A stretch of 58,780 nt of DNA from Gonapodya sp. JEL0774 (lineage: Eukaryota), in contig JADIIX010000014.1 of assembly GCA_027604505.1 (NCBI GenBank), positions 186,001-244,780 of the forward strand, read 5' to 3'. How positions within the stretch are numbered: position 1 is the stretch's first letter; every line of letters begins with the position of its first letter. Below are positions 26,301-39,100 of the stretch, piece by piece. Made by a program: the position numbers and the translations under genes. The notes beneath the pieces are model-generated. The model searched no databases. It was given only the letters and a program-made list of their open reading frames with translations, and was not told where the DNA came from.

Positions 26301-27990
26301 TCAAACAATCACTTGGAACGCTTTTGTGGCTCACTTAATGGCTTGTTTGGGAAAAGTGTTTGTTTCCCTCATGACCTCCTTGACTGACTTGGCAATTTCA
26401 ATCTCATCCACCGAGTACCCCTTTAATCAGTTGCAGTGGATTCAGGATATGCAGGCCATATGTGTTATAAGAAGTTCATGCTTTGGCGATGCTTACCCGG
26501 TCTACAAGCATCTCCAGGATCGCTGTTGAGAAGATGTGGGACAAGTGGACCAGTCAACAAGAGCACACTAATTCACAGAACAGTAATCACTTTGGGAGTA
26601 CGAACTTTTCCTCATCCTCACAAGCTTGTTGTTCTCAAGTGTTGCGTCCATTGGTTTCAGTATTTGGTTGTTGGTGATTGAAGGGCTGAGCCATTCTGTG
26701 ATAATGAGAGTATTATAACACAACATTACAGTAATAATACTATTAACAGAATCTCCTCCAGTTGTTCATTTTTTCACGTCATCCTTTCTGTTGAGTGCGG
26801 TTTTGTGACTTTTATGTCTGCTGCGACCAAAAAGTGCCGCCCATCACATAGTTTTGGGTGAAAATGGAGATCCACATTGATGTCCAGCTATTCACAACTC
26901 CAAACCATCTTCCACCACAGCTCTGAAGATCACCTGCAATCTGGTGAATCACCAATGACCTCTGTGGTTGGTGTGTCCACGATGCATCTGCCGAGGGAGT
27001 TTGTAAGGACCGGTACCCTGTTTTGCCTCCTACTCTTGCACTCATTCGTGCCAGTCTCATTTCTTGCCACTCCATCTCAATCCTCACCTTCTGATTTCAC
27101 ACCATGAGAGGGTCCCAACCTCATTCTTAAAAGTCTGTGGATTGTCTGAAGTAATCACAGTGCAGCTTTCAGAGTTGTTCATGTTGAGAAGACACACTAT
27201 GGGCCAGACTGGATATACATGTAGGAAGCCATATATCCATATGATACAACCTATGTCCAGATACATCAGATATCTGTCCTACATCTACCAGTTAAGTCTC
27301 CTACTGGAGATCACACTCCAAAGAATTCAAAACACCGAACATCCCAAATCTTGCTCTGTCAACAACATCACATGAGCCTCATGTGCCCTCTCCCTTGGTA
27401 GTGCATACGCAGCTGACTCCAAATTCACCAATGCTTGTGGGTTGTTGTCTGTGATTGCTTCTTGGCCCTTTCGTGCATGCACATGTATCTTCTCAGGATC
27501 ACAATGTCAAATCCTCCTTGTGCAAGTCTGCTTAACCCCACCACTGTCTCATTTGGTGCTCTGATGTCCAAACTTGCCCTGGCCTGGTGTCGTGGTACTG
27601 ATACAGCCGTGGGCTACAGTACCTGGCCCCTGTGTCCTATATATGTATAGCCACTAGCTATTACAATAGACATCACTCCCCCGCTTCTTTCAGTTCCCTG
27701 TTCAGCCGGTCCAGTGTCAGACCTACTACACCGGTGCTCTTGGCTTCACACACCACAATCAATGTACCACAAGTGCACACCAAGCCTGCCATCTCAACAA
27801 AATTTGGACACACTCTGTGTTTCACCTGTGTCCAGCCGCAATGAAGACACCAATCAATGCTAGATGGTCCACAATTATAAGCGGACTCTATGACTCTCGG
27901 CAGGCATTGCACATGTCTGGCAATTTTCTGGATCCGAGAATGACTGTGACAAATTCACTGCACTGAGCACTCTGCTATCCTGATGTTCCG
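23394..27990 (+). mobile_element. Heavily decayed transposon block, MULE/Mutator-like transposase remnant; possibly nested
   Basis: No intact ORF and CpG is visibly rare. Broken plus-strand motifs occur in MULE order: KFVVMDIENA (~25490), frameshifted C-QWH (~25555), FFNYQNQHW (~26000), frameshifted SWIM-like CxCxDF..KCRH (~26795-26845). Ends are not defined by TIRs. Confidence 0.5.
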
Positions 27991-28090
27991 TAAGCTCCCA
28001 TAAGCGCAAATGTATGAAATACAAGAAGCCTTCATTATCAAATATAAGGGAGTTCAACGGTGTGTCAGTTTTACCGACATCTTATTATTT

Positions 28091-29591
28091 TCATCGCTCC
28101 GTCACTACGCCTGCTTCGTCACGCGCGCTCCTATTCAACGATTGTTCGGGCAGCCGTGCCCAAACCCAGTTTCCAGGCTGTACATCCGAGTCTTCATTTC
28201 GTTTTCGCGGGAGCTGCACTATAGGCGGCGGATGCAAAGACAGTGGTACGATTGCACCAGTCCAAAAGTGCTTGAGGAGATGCAGATCCATAGGGCCGTC
28301 GAGGATATTGAGATGTTGAAGAAGGAGTGAAGCACCATGGGGTGGAAGTAAGTACGCTGCCACAAAGAAGGTGAGCCTTCTGGAAGTAATCCTGATCTCA
28401 AATTAAGAGTATTATATACACCCACCGTGAGTGCACTTTGGCTCATGTGCGGGTCTTACACGGCCATCGACTCCAGACGCAATCATTTCGTCTGTTTGCT
28501 TCATTGCCGTCTCGAAGCAGTGACCTACGTACATAAGATCCCACCGGATGTTGGGTTGGGGTGCCTGGTGGTGTCGTTCTGCAGAGGACGGTCTAGTCTC
28601 CATGCTATTGAGGATTTTATTCAATATCCGCACAAGCTCTAACTCCAGATCGACGTCATCTTCCAGAATAAGCACTGGTCGCTTGTCTCCCGATTCGGTC
28701 GCTCGTATTTGAATTGCGTCCCACACACCACGGTGCGTCACGTAGCAACCGACCTCTCCTGCAGTCATTTGGTATCCTTCATGAGATTTCATTTCAGGTC
28801 TCTTGCGTACCATTGGAGACGAATGATCGTGAGCCTCGACGAAGGAGAAGGGAAGATCGAGGAAGTTGAGCAGCTTTGACATTTGGTCCCGGCGGTCTGT
28901 TCGCTTTTTGAGCGAGATGACGTAAATAGAAGAAAATAAAAACGAAGAGTTGAGGAGAGGCGGATGGGGGTTGAGAGAATCGTCGACAGCGACTGCTTCG
29001 TGGGTTGTCAGATCTTGTGTGGAGTTTTGCGTTGCTGGTGCTTCCAGTTTAGGAGGCCAACTACTGTCTAACCCCACGGAGAGGAAGTCATCGGATACCT
29101 GTTTTGGTTCGGTGCTTCGATCCATTGAGTTCCATGCTACTTTGGTGTCATGAACCTCGAGATATTCGGGAACGTCAAAGTTGGAGAGCAAGAGCCATGC
29201 TGTCCCCAGAGCAAACCCCAAGACAATTGGCACGAAAACAGTTCGATATAGAGTGCTGATCAAGAGCTTGCGGGACCGGGTTAAGCAGAAACTGCTGTTG
29301 GGAGGTGAAGGTGAGTTCGGGGAGACATCCAAATGCAGTTCCCCATCCGCGCTGCCACAGGTTACGAGCGAGATGATGGTCTCTTCTAGAGTCGGAGGCG
29401 CTGTAGGCGTCCAGGGATCTCGCTCAGATGTCGAAACCAGCGTGTTCAAGATGCCGATGAGCACCTCTGAACTCGCGATACGATCGCCGAAATATCGGAT
29501 GAGCAATTTTAGGCGTCAGTGCTTGTAAGCGCGCAAACTTTATCAATGCTCGCTTACCGTTCTTCTCTCGTGCATCTTCGCTCTGTGACAT
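28091..29591 (-). CDS. Glycosyltransferase family 25, membrane anchored; start uncertain
   Basis: IYVISLKKRTDRR; GEVGCYVTHRGVW; VLILEDDVDLE; WDLMYVGHC; PKCTH | YLLPPHGA..PMD. TM helix VFVPIVLGFALGTAWLLL. Confidence 0.85.
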
Positions 29592-29727
29592 TAGAGTGCT
29601 AACGAGTTTGATTGTGCATCTGCGTCCGAAGAGTCGATGTTGGGCTCGGGTGCAGACGACCATGTGGACCACATGTGGTCCCTTCCCAGCCCACTTCAGA
29701 AAGTTCTCTCTCTTCACTAACAAAGCG

Positions 29728-29937
29728 ATGGGCTTCCTCCCACCAAAATTCTTGCGCGCGGCCCCACCCGCAGGCTACAAAAATCACTGGGCGCGTTATG
29801 ACGCTTGGCGATACCACCCATTCTGGTCTTCCACCGCTACTTGGAGGAACGCGGCTCCGGGCCTCATTCCCGCCCTTGCAGTGTTCGCAGGATACGTAGT
29901 TTACGATAAGACTCAGGGCGGTGACGCCCACCATTGA
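29728..29937 (+). CDS. NDUFB3: NADH:ubiquinone oxidoreductase subunit B12
   Basis: 69 aa with NHWARYDAWRYHP..APGLIPALAVFAGYVVYD, the B12 signature plus one TM helix. Confidence 0.85.
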   Translation: MGFLPPKFLRAAPPAGYKNHWARYDAWRYHPFWSSTATWRNAAPGLIPALAVFAGYVVYDKTQGGDAHH

Positions 29938-30528
29938 GCGGTTTGCCTGGTTGGCCGAGGGAATTGTGCTGGTTCTGCTGCATTGAGTATGGACAATAGA
30001 ATCGGGTGATGGCGGACTCTGCGCGTGCTCAGCATCTCGGAATGTCATTACGTTGGGAAATCGGACTACGATGGATCCCTATGGTCCATGTGTCGGCGCA
30101 TAAACAGGTGGAATTGATCGTGGAGGGTTGGGCAGTTTCGTGACGCAATCACCCCTTCAATCGAATCAAGAACTCCGCTTTGACCGACGACCGGACACTC
30201 ATATAATGGACTTAGGGGTGCGATCGACAGCTCAACGCACGCCTCCTCGGCTTGTAGCATTTGCCACTACTTGTACATTGCCGGAACGAGCAAAGCCATC
30301 CCCGAATCGAAATTACACCTCCCTACAATATCTGACTGATCCAGAATGCTTGCGTCCGCACGTTGAGTGGAATTTGTTTCACCATTCCGTCACACAAGAA
30401 AGAAATATCTGCTCTGTTTCTGTTTTGATCCTTCCTGGATATCAGTTCACATCACGTGACAAATAGTCTGACACAATAAGCCAATTCGGAAGAATTCGTT
30501 TATGAGTGCTTTTGACGATTGTACAGCA

Positions 30529-32131
30529 TCACTGCGTACCCCCCTCTCTACCGTCCGGCACATTTGTCAACGCCCCGATCCCTCTTCTGCTCCCTCGTCT
30601 CTTCAACATCCTTATTGTCTGATCGAACGCGTCGCCTTTCCTAGCTGGCACGTTCCAGGCCACCATCTCAGCAAACCGCGTACCTTCCTTCCACATCGCT
30701 TCCCTCGTCTTGTTCCTCAAATCTTCCAATAAAGAAGGCAATTGGTCCACCTCGCTCCTTCCAATCCTTACAATCGCTTTCCGCCAATTGATCAAATCTT
30801 CAAAGGGCAATGCCAAATCGTCCGAAATTATAACTGGCACGGCACCTGCCAGCAATCCGAAGAACGGCCTCGGTGTCCATGGAACCCAGCCCTCGGGACA
30901 GAGCGCAAACACCGTATCAAGCAGCTCTAGCCAGTATCCGTTGTCGCGTTCAGTCCGTATGACAAACCGAGTTGGATGAATCTGCGAGAGAGTGAGCAGT
31001 GCCTGTCTCACACCGCCGGAGTAGGTCTGATCGTTCACCACCGTCCCGCGGAAGAAAGCAAGGGTGTGACGCTCTCTGGGGGATTTGATCTCCTTGCGAT
31101 CTCGACCTCCGTCCGACACTCCCATCCAGCTGGGCCTTTCCACAAACGGTGGCACCACCACATCCTTGTGTGGATCAAAAAACTTCCCTTTCTTCACCGT
31201 GCCGTATGTCGTCAAGTGCCTCGCCTTCCCAACTCTGTTTAACACGTCCGCCTCCCACCCCACGATGGAGGCTCCACGATCATACGTGAACATGACCACA
31301 TGGTCCGCTCCTCCCGTTATGTTCCAAAATGGATACGTGTGCTCCACATGGTCGAGGATAGAAGTGAGGTAGTGCGAGGCCATAGATTCGCAGGTCGTTA
31401 CAGACAAGTTCATGGTGTAGAGGCAGTGCTGGAAGTGGCAGGTTGTGTAGGCGGGGATAAAATAGTGCGCGGCACGATACTCTGGACCGACTGTGGAGTC
31501 GGGTCTGTTCGTGGTAGACTTGTTTGCCTGGTGTGAAATGCTCCCGTTGATAACCCACCGGGACTGTCGCAACAAGGCAGGGAAGATGATCTCGGCTGTG
31601 TACATGGTATCAGTCATACTGCATGGCGTTTTTTTCATCTGCGGAGGCATGAGGAGGTGCGGTGGTATGTCGTATATATATCTTCCAGAACGCAGGAGAA
31701 ATGATGTCATCAACACACACACGCTCGCTTTCCCTCAAGACACCAGGCGCTCTCACTCACACTCGAAAATCATCATCAGCTTCGTCAATTTCATCACATT
31801 CCGAGCACACGCTTTTCGATCTTCCGATGTCTCCCTTGTCATTTGTGCCATTCTCACCACCTCCGCCGACTGATCGCCACCCAAGCACAGTCGGTGGTTT
31901 AGTAAATAAATGCGATATGTCGTGAACCATAGAATTGGTGCACTCCCTGCTTGGGGATTGGGGAAGTATCCTTGAAGACATGAGGAAGTATCTGTGGGTC
32001 AACCCCCCGAGCGTCCTAAAGGAAAGTCTGATCGGCGCTTACAGGAAGGAGAGCGCAAGCACAGCACCGGTAAAGATTCCCGTGATGAAGGAGGTCTTCT
32101 TGGGAGTGAGCAGCATTCCACGACTAGTCAT
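30529..32131 (-). CDS. Exostosin / GT47 glycosyltransferase, type II membrane
   Basis: N-terminal TM (FITGIFTGAVLALSF); YIYDIPP; YPFWNITGGADH; LAFFRG; FALCPEGWVPWTPR; VPVIISDDLALPFEDLINW. Confidence 0.9.
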
Positions 32132-32496
32132 ACGGCGCTAAAATTTTCCGGTAGAGTGTTCCCCACACTTCCCCCCCAACACACCAAACACAACAAGCGA
32201 GACAGTGTGACCTCTTTCGAGTCTGTTGCATCCAGCTTGGCTACTGTTTTGGAAAAAAAGAGGCCAGACGTTCCCAATGTAATTTGTCTGACGGGAACTT
32301 TCTCCTACCCACGCGCCTGCCTATGTTCTGTCCGAGTAGAAGTACGCATTCTCATTCTATTGTCTATTGTAGTTGGTTTCTTCGCCATTTCATATGAATA
32401 TAAGTATTGTATTGTGAGGAGACACAATTCAAATGCCTTTGGGGTCCCCAGCACAGTTGCTCACATGCTCACAAACGACACCACATGTCAGTATGT

Positions 32497-34349
32497 ATGA
32501 GGCTTGTCCTCATGAGAAAGTCGAGTTTCCATCGAACTATTTTATTGACACTCGTTGTGGTGGGCCTGCTATCATGGATCACTCTCGGCCGATTCTGGAA
32601 TGATGGAGTACTTGGAATCTGGGACCCCTTCAGCGAATCTTCGTATTGGAGCGGTGATTCGCCGTCGAACATTCGATTCCGCGAGGCAGTACCTGCTGCC
32701 AAACTGACTTTGAGGGACTATGAGCTTGAATTGGTCGAGAAGAAGCTGCTTCTGACAGCTTTTCCTGTTGAGGATATGAGCACTTTGGGTGATCGAGTGC
32801 GATCGTTCGTTCAGCTACACAGTATGCTTGAGGCACTGGAAGATAAAACTTTCGTGGCAAATCTGACTTCTTGTTGGAGCGAACGCGCTGGGTGTATCGA
32901 ACGGGACACCGCCGTCGAATCCGCATACGCACGACTAGTCCTGGACGACTTTCGAGTATTCGTGGACGCATTCGAGCGGATGCTTTTTCCATTTGTGCGG
33001 GGAAACTTCTCTAGTGTCTCTCATCTCTTTAGTACATTCGCTCCACCACGTTCACGGGGCATTGTAATCTCGGTCGGGAACGACCAAGTCAGAATCGCAA
33101 TAGTGGCGATACGATCTGTTAGGGCCGCCGGATGTACCCTACCCATCGAAGTAGCACATGCCGGAGATTGGGACCTCTCCGTTGAAAACCGGGCAAAAAT
33201 TAAGAGGTTGGGTGACGGCTACGACATCGTCACCAGGGATCTCCACCAGTTGATCGATAATCGTGCAGCTGCGATTTGGGGCTGGTCGCTCAAGCCCTTT
33301 GCGATCATGTTCTCAGGCTTTTCTGAGGTCGTGTTTCAGGATGCGGATGTTGTTTGGTTCGGGAGTCCAAACGAAGTTCTTGAGGACCCTATTTACAAGA
33401 AGACGGGAACTCTCTTTTACACGGATAGGGTAAATTCATATTCGTTAGATGGAATACCTGCCAGTCTCTCATGTTACTGCTCATCCAGCGCACCCTATAC
33501 GGTATTGGGGACGATACCTATAGTTTTATAATCAGCGTTTTGCCAAAACCATTGCGAGATGCCATACCTGCCTCACTTCTGAAAGAAAACGATATGCTCG
33601 CCCGGAAATCTTCACACCAGATGGAATCAGGGGTCGTCGCTGTTGACAAAAGTCGTGTGACTAATTTCTACGGACTACTTGCTGCGTGCAAATTGAACTG
33701 TGCGGAAGAGAGGGATAAAGTGGTGTACAAACGAGTCTTTGGCGACAAGGAGACCTTCTGGCTCGGTTGGGAGATGGCAGGCATGACTGGAGAGTACGGA
33801 TGGACGCCTTGGCCGATGGCGCAGGTCGGGTACATTGTTCGTGGTGACCAAGACGCCGAGTGGGTCATCAAGAACTCAAATTGGAGCGTCCCATACCTCG
33901 GACACGACCACGAGAAGGATGTACGGCGCATATGCTCTCTTCAACTTGGCCATTTGGATGCTACGGGTACCCGGCTCCTCTGGTTCAATGGAGGTCCCCT
34001 GCGCGACAAATTTCTTGGCGTGGACAGGTCGCCTGTTGTGTCTCCATCTCACTGGGCGATTGAACATCATTCGAAGTGGGACATGTTCACAGATAGTATT
34101 GCCTGCCTCTATCTGAAACCGGGGACGGGGCCAGATATATTGGACGACGGAACTGTGATTGAGAAACCAATTGAACCGAACGATTATCATCTTGATCACG
34201 GCGACGGACACAATATAGGGAAGGAGAAGGTGACATTCGTTCCAAGCTCTGCGGGTGGGTTTGGAGCCGCCATACCTCACAAACTCTCACCAAAAGAGTT
34301 GAAGCTCTTTAATAACATAAAACTCTGGTGGGAAGATGCACGGTTATGA
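32497..34349 (+). CDS. GT71 alpha-mannosyltransferase (MNN1/MNT-like); 2 exons
   Basis: N-terminal TM; RGIVISVG; LPIEV; GWSLKPFAIMFSGFSEVVFQDAD; TGTLFYTDR | HQMESGVVAVDK; GDKETFWLGWE; CSLQLGH; WFNGG. Confidence 0.92.
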
Positions 34350-34464
34350 AGCCGATTAGTTCATGCGCCTTTGCAATGTAGGTAATCGGGACAGTGAAGC
34401 GACGCATCCAAAGAGTTTTCTGAGCCATTACAAACTAGTTTCCAACTCGGTAGCATGCATGCTT

Positions 34465-35980
34465 TTAAGACTCGTCCATCTTGCTCTGGTCCATCTTCCC
34501 TTGAATCCCCTTGAGAAAATCTCGGACTGTCGCAACGTTAGGATCAAGTCCAATTGTCTGAAGGAAAGGTCCCAACTGTCCAGACCGTACTGTTGGAGTA
34601 TTGATGTGTAAATGGTGAGGAACAAATCACCAAGACTGCCATCAGGATTCGCAGAGACTCACTCGCCGCCTGCAGCCTCCTCAACTGCTGTTTGAACTGG
34701 GGACTCCGTACCACTTCCGAAACCTCTGCCTTGGTTCGCGGAGCGCCTTCAGGAAGGTGTGGGAACAAAGCAGCGAGCGCGACTGGGTTTTCGATAACGG
34801 GAGTTAACTTTTCCGCTGTGAAGACCTCAGAAAGGTCCACATCTGGAAGGAGAACAAATATGTAAAGGATAAAATAAATAGTGCATGTCGCTGTTAATGA
34901 ATACCCACCTTCTGCTCCGGGGGGCACTGTCATTCCGGCAATAATATCTCGAATTTGATTGAGCTGGTCCTGAGTGGCACCCGATGGCGCCGCTGCGGCC
35001 GCCGACGAGGTTGCCGGAGCAGTGGTGCTTGGGGTTGTCATTGGTGCCGCAGGTGCCGCAGGAGACGGAGCGGTCTCCATGGGAACATCATCGGATCTGC
35101 AGGTTGGGGCGGGGAGCAACGCATACCCACGTGCCAATTGCACATTGAAAACAGTCAGCATGGAGGAACGGTTCACTCACGTTGGGCTTGCAGTGGCTGA
35201 CTCGTCCGCCGCCTCACCACTGATAGCCTCATTGACCTTGGTGACAAAGCTGGTGTCTTTGTCCGCACTCGGTTCTGTTGTGGACAATTCAAAGTGGGGC
35301 TTCCAAAATCCTACACACCAAAACTCATTGCCAGAGCTGACCTTGCATCCAAAAGAAATGCTTCGCAGACGATGATTCAAATTTGAGCCTAGGTCAAAAC
35401 ATCAGCATCCACGTTAGAATTCGACATTAGACCTCTCTCACAGTTGTGAAGATTCTATAAGCGAGCCTCTCACATGAAAACACGGCCCTTGGATTGCGTC
35501 ACAGGAACAAAGTTTGCCTCCATAGGGAATACAATCAAATCGTCTTCCACGGCGTTAGTTTTGCGGTCTTTCCAGACGAAGTGAAGCAATCCATCGTCGC
35601 TCTTTGGAATGAAAAGACGAGATGCCGCCATCAGCAACATTTTGTCAGTAAATACAAAAAGACATTAAAATAAGAAATGCCACATGAGTTAATCAGAAAA
35701 ATGCAGGAGAGTCACGATTGGAGTTTACACTCTCCCGAGACTCAGACTGAACGCACCTTGTACAGATACACGAGCCCTCGGCGCGGGTCCGGCTTCAGCA
35801 TGGAGCCATCACGGTAAAGCTTTCCTAAGTTCCCGTTGCCGAACCGAAGAAATGCGGAGTCAACACTTGCGTGTCCTCCAAACAAGAGAACAGGGAGGGC
35901 CAACCAGCTTTAAACTCGACGATATTTGTCGATTTCGGGAGACTGCCGCCAAAAATGTTTGCAGGTAGAGCGGTTGCCAT
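34465..35980 (-). CDS. RPN13: Proteasomal ubiquitin receptor Rpn13/ADRM1; multi-exon
   Basis: IVEFKAG | KLYRDGSMLKPDPRRGLVYL; LLHFVWKDR; DDLIVFP; C-terminal DEUBAD-like LFPHLPE..RSPQFKQQL. Confidence 0.92.
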
Positions 35981-36102
35981 TTCGATTGCAGGGGATCGGC
36001 GCTGATACGAGGTGCCAGGATGGGTGCCTCCCTGCACTGTAGGCAAGGTGGCCACAAACCTATGAAACTGTTTCCTGCGTCAAAGCTGGCGGTTTTCACA
36101 AT

Positions 36103-39100
36103 ATGCCCCGGCTGATACCCCGCCCTCTGCGAACACCCGCATGCCATGTGTTCTTAGTGGCATTTCTTGCTTCCTTCCTCCTTGTCGACCAGCTCGTTGC
36201 CCGTCCGGATCCCGACAGCGGGAAGCAGGATGTGGGTGGGTCGCCGCCACTTGACAGGAAGGTGTCGATTGCGGACTCTGTGAGGGACTTGAGAATTGCT
36301 GCATCACATAGTGTTTCTTCTCTGCGGAAACGGGAGGTTGTCAATTCTCCTTCGCCAAAGGAAGAGGATAATGCCAATTCGACGACAGGTGCAGGTGGAT
36401 CCAAGGGCGACGGATCCTCTCTGCGATTGCAGATACCTCTATCCGTACACTTTTTCCATGGATTCTCTGAAGATTTGACTTCCGGTGGCGCATTCAGTCT
36501 TGAAAACTACCTTTCTCTTGCCATCACATACCGTGTGGTACGACCCACATCATTCACTGTTTACGCGCCATTCAAACTCTCTGGACCCTGGTGGGACAAA
36601 TCCGCTAGCGAGTACTCGATCGCGTTTGAGATGCTGCCTAACTGGAAACGACAGTATCCTGGTGCCGCCTCGTCATGGTCGGCCTCGACGACGGCTCCAG
36701 AGAAACTGACACACCTTAAACTCTCCAAGCTATACGAACGAGGTGGAATCGCGATGGACAGTGATGTGTTGGTCATCAAGCCTCTTGCCGATTTACTGGA
36801 CGAGGAGTTCGTCATTGGAGCAGGTGAGTCAATCCAATATCCATGTGCATCAACCGAGAAGAAGCATTCTCCACTTTCCAGTACGGTGCGATATTCACGA
36901 TCCGTACAAGTCTAATATTGAACTTCTCGCCACCCAGATAATGAAGACGGTACTCCAATGTCTCTTATACTCGCTGCCCGGAACTCCTACGTTGCCCGTG
37001 ATTGGCTCTCCAAGGTCACAGAGTCTGTTTTTGACGGCCAATCCGCCATCACGTTCCTCCGCCTCCCCGGTACCGTCGCACGCCAGCTACATAATCACAT
37101 CACCGTTATGGATCAGGACACTCTTGTGTGGCCGCCGGCTTTGCGATCACCGCTTGTGACCATGTACTTCAAGCGAGCCTATGACTACAGTGGGCACAGA
37201 GCAATAAAACTTCATCAAGATATTTCCAGGAGCATGTTTTGGGCTCAAACCAGCCTGGATTCCATTCGAACCCTGGACACAAGCATCACTTGTCTCGTTC
37301 GGCACTTTCTCTTCAATTTTGACGATGCAAGTGGCTCCGATAGAGGTGTTTCCACGAAGTCTTCGCTTGGAACGAAGTCTGGATTGAAATCTCCACTCGG
37401 TGCCTGTCCAAACCTCGAAGCGGTGTCCCCCAAGAATCACCTTGTGGGCCTCTGGGACTTTGATGAACCTTCTTCAACTGTCCTCCGTGACGCCTCGGGT
37501 CGGCGCAATGATGGTGTGCTCCGTCGAGCTTTTGGACAGTTCTCCCGCCGTCCGGATGCCTTACCAGTCCGAACATCCCCAAACTCTGACGATAACTCCG
37601 CCGGTATACTATCATTCGACGGGCAGTCGGGATTGTATGGCTTTGTTCCTTTCGATCCCCCCTTGTCCACCGAATCGTTTACGGTGTCACTGTGGTGTAA
37701 ACTTCCCGACAAAATTGAAACTGGCCGTGACGTAATTTCCATCGAGACTAAATGGGGGAGAATCAGTTTAACGACGCGTAGAGTGGGCGGCAGGTGGAGT
37801 AGTGTCGTAGAGCTCATGGTGGCGAACGAAATGCGGGATTGGAAACCGGGCATGCTGGATCCGTTGGATTTCTGGGCGGATGCCAAGACAGAGTGAGTAT
37901 TGTATTCACTTTTGCTGCTTGGGGACACGTCGAACAAATGTGATTCCGTGTGCCATTCTTAGTCGCCATGTCTCCACCAATGAGTGGCACCATGTCGCGC
38001 TCACATTCTCCGGCGATCTCGGAAAGCATTGCCTCTACATAGACGGTGCTATTATCGGCTGTAACAAGCTTCTGCGCACCGATGACATCCACGGCATTTG
38101 GCTGGGAACGCGTTGTCCGTCTGATTTTGACTTGACCCAAGCCCGCGCGAATGACTTCGTTGGCTCACTGGACACGGTGGCGGTGTTTGATGTTGCTCTT
38201 AGGATGCCAGCGATTGCCGAGTTAAGCAAGTGTAAGTCGCAATTCAATCCACACGCTACCATGGGTGCTGCTCTCATGAACATGGGTTCCGTCTTTGCTA
38301 CCAGCCTCCGCGAGGCTCATGAAGGTTCCCTTAGAGTCTCTCAGTTACGTGTTGGAGCAGGCTCGCACGGCTGAGCAGCTTTCGAAGAAGCTCCTCCCAC
38401 CATCGTCGCTCGTACTAGATCTTGATTTTCTGAACCCTGATTCCTCTCGTATCAGGGATCGATCTGAGCTCCAGCACGATGCCACTATCAGTGGTCCCTA
38501 TCAGACGTCTCTTCTTGAGCGAAGCTTACAAATTCAGTCCTCGGATGGCTCACAGGTTAACATTACGGTACCTTTCAATGTTCACCCGGAACAGGGTACA
38601 TTGGCGTTTGCCGAGGTTTCCCAACTCACAGTCACTTGGTTCGGTGGTTTGAGTCAGTTTCGCAGTAAATTGTGGAGCTCGATTACGCCAATCGTTCGGA
38701 TTGACATTTTTGAAGGCCGGAACCTCGGTCTCCGATGTGCGCCAGATGGTGAAGGAGTATGCTTTTTGGAGGTTGCAATAAACCACGGATATGACGACAA
38801 AGTGTGGGGTAATATCCGAATCTCGATTGTTGACGAGCAGCCCTCGGACATGCATATTGCGATGGTCATTGATGGCAATTCGAAACTGGGGCGGGTGTAT
38901 CACAACGGCATGGAATTGTTTGTGTTCTCTTTCCCACACCGGCTTCTCTTGGAGAAGATGTTAGTCGCGCAAGTTGACCGATGGACAAGTTATGAGGTGC
39001 AAAGACTCTCTCAAGTGAAGGTTTGGACTAAAGCGTTGTCACAGGATGAAGTGATCAACGAAGCAGGTGAGCTTGTTCGGCTTAAAGATGTGGTAAGTCT

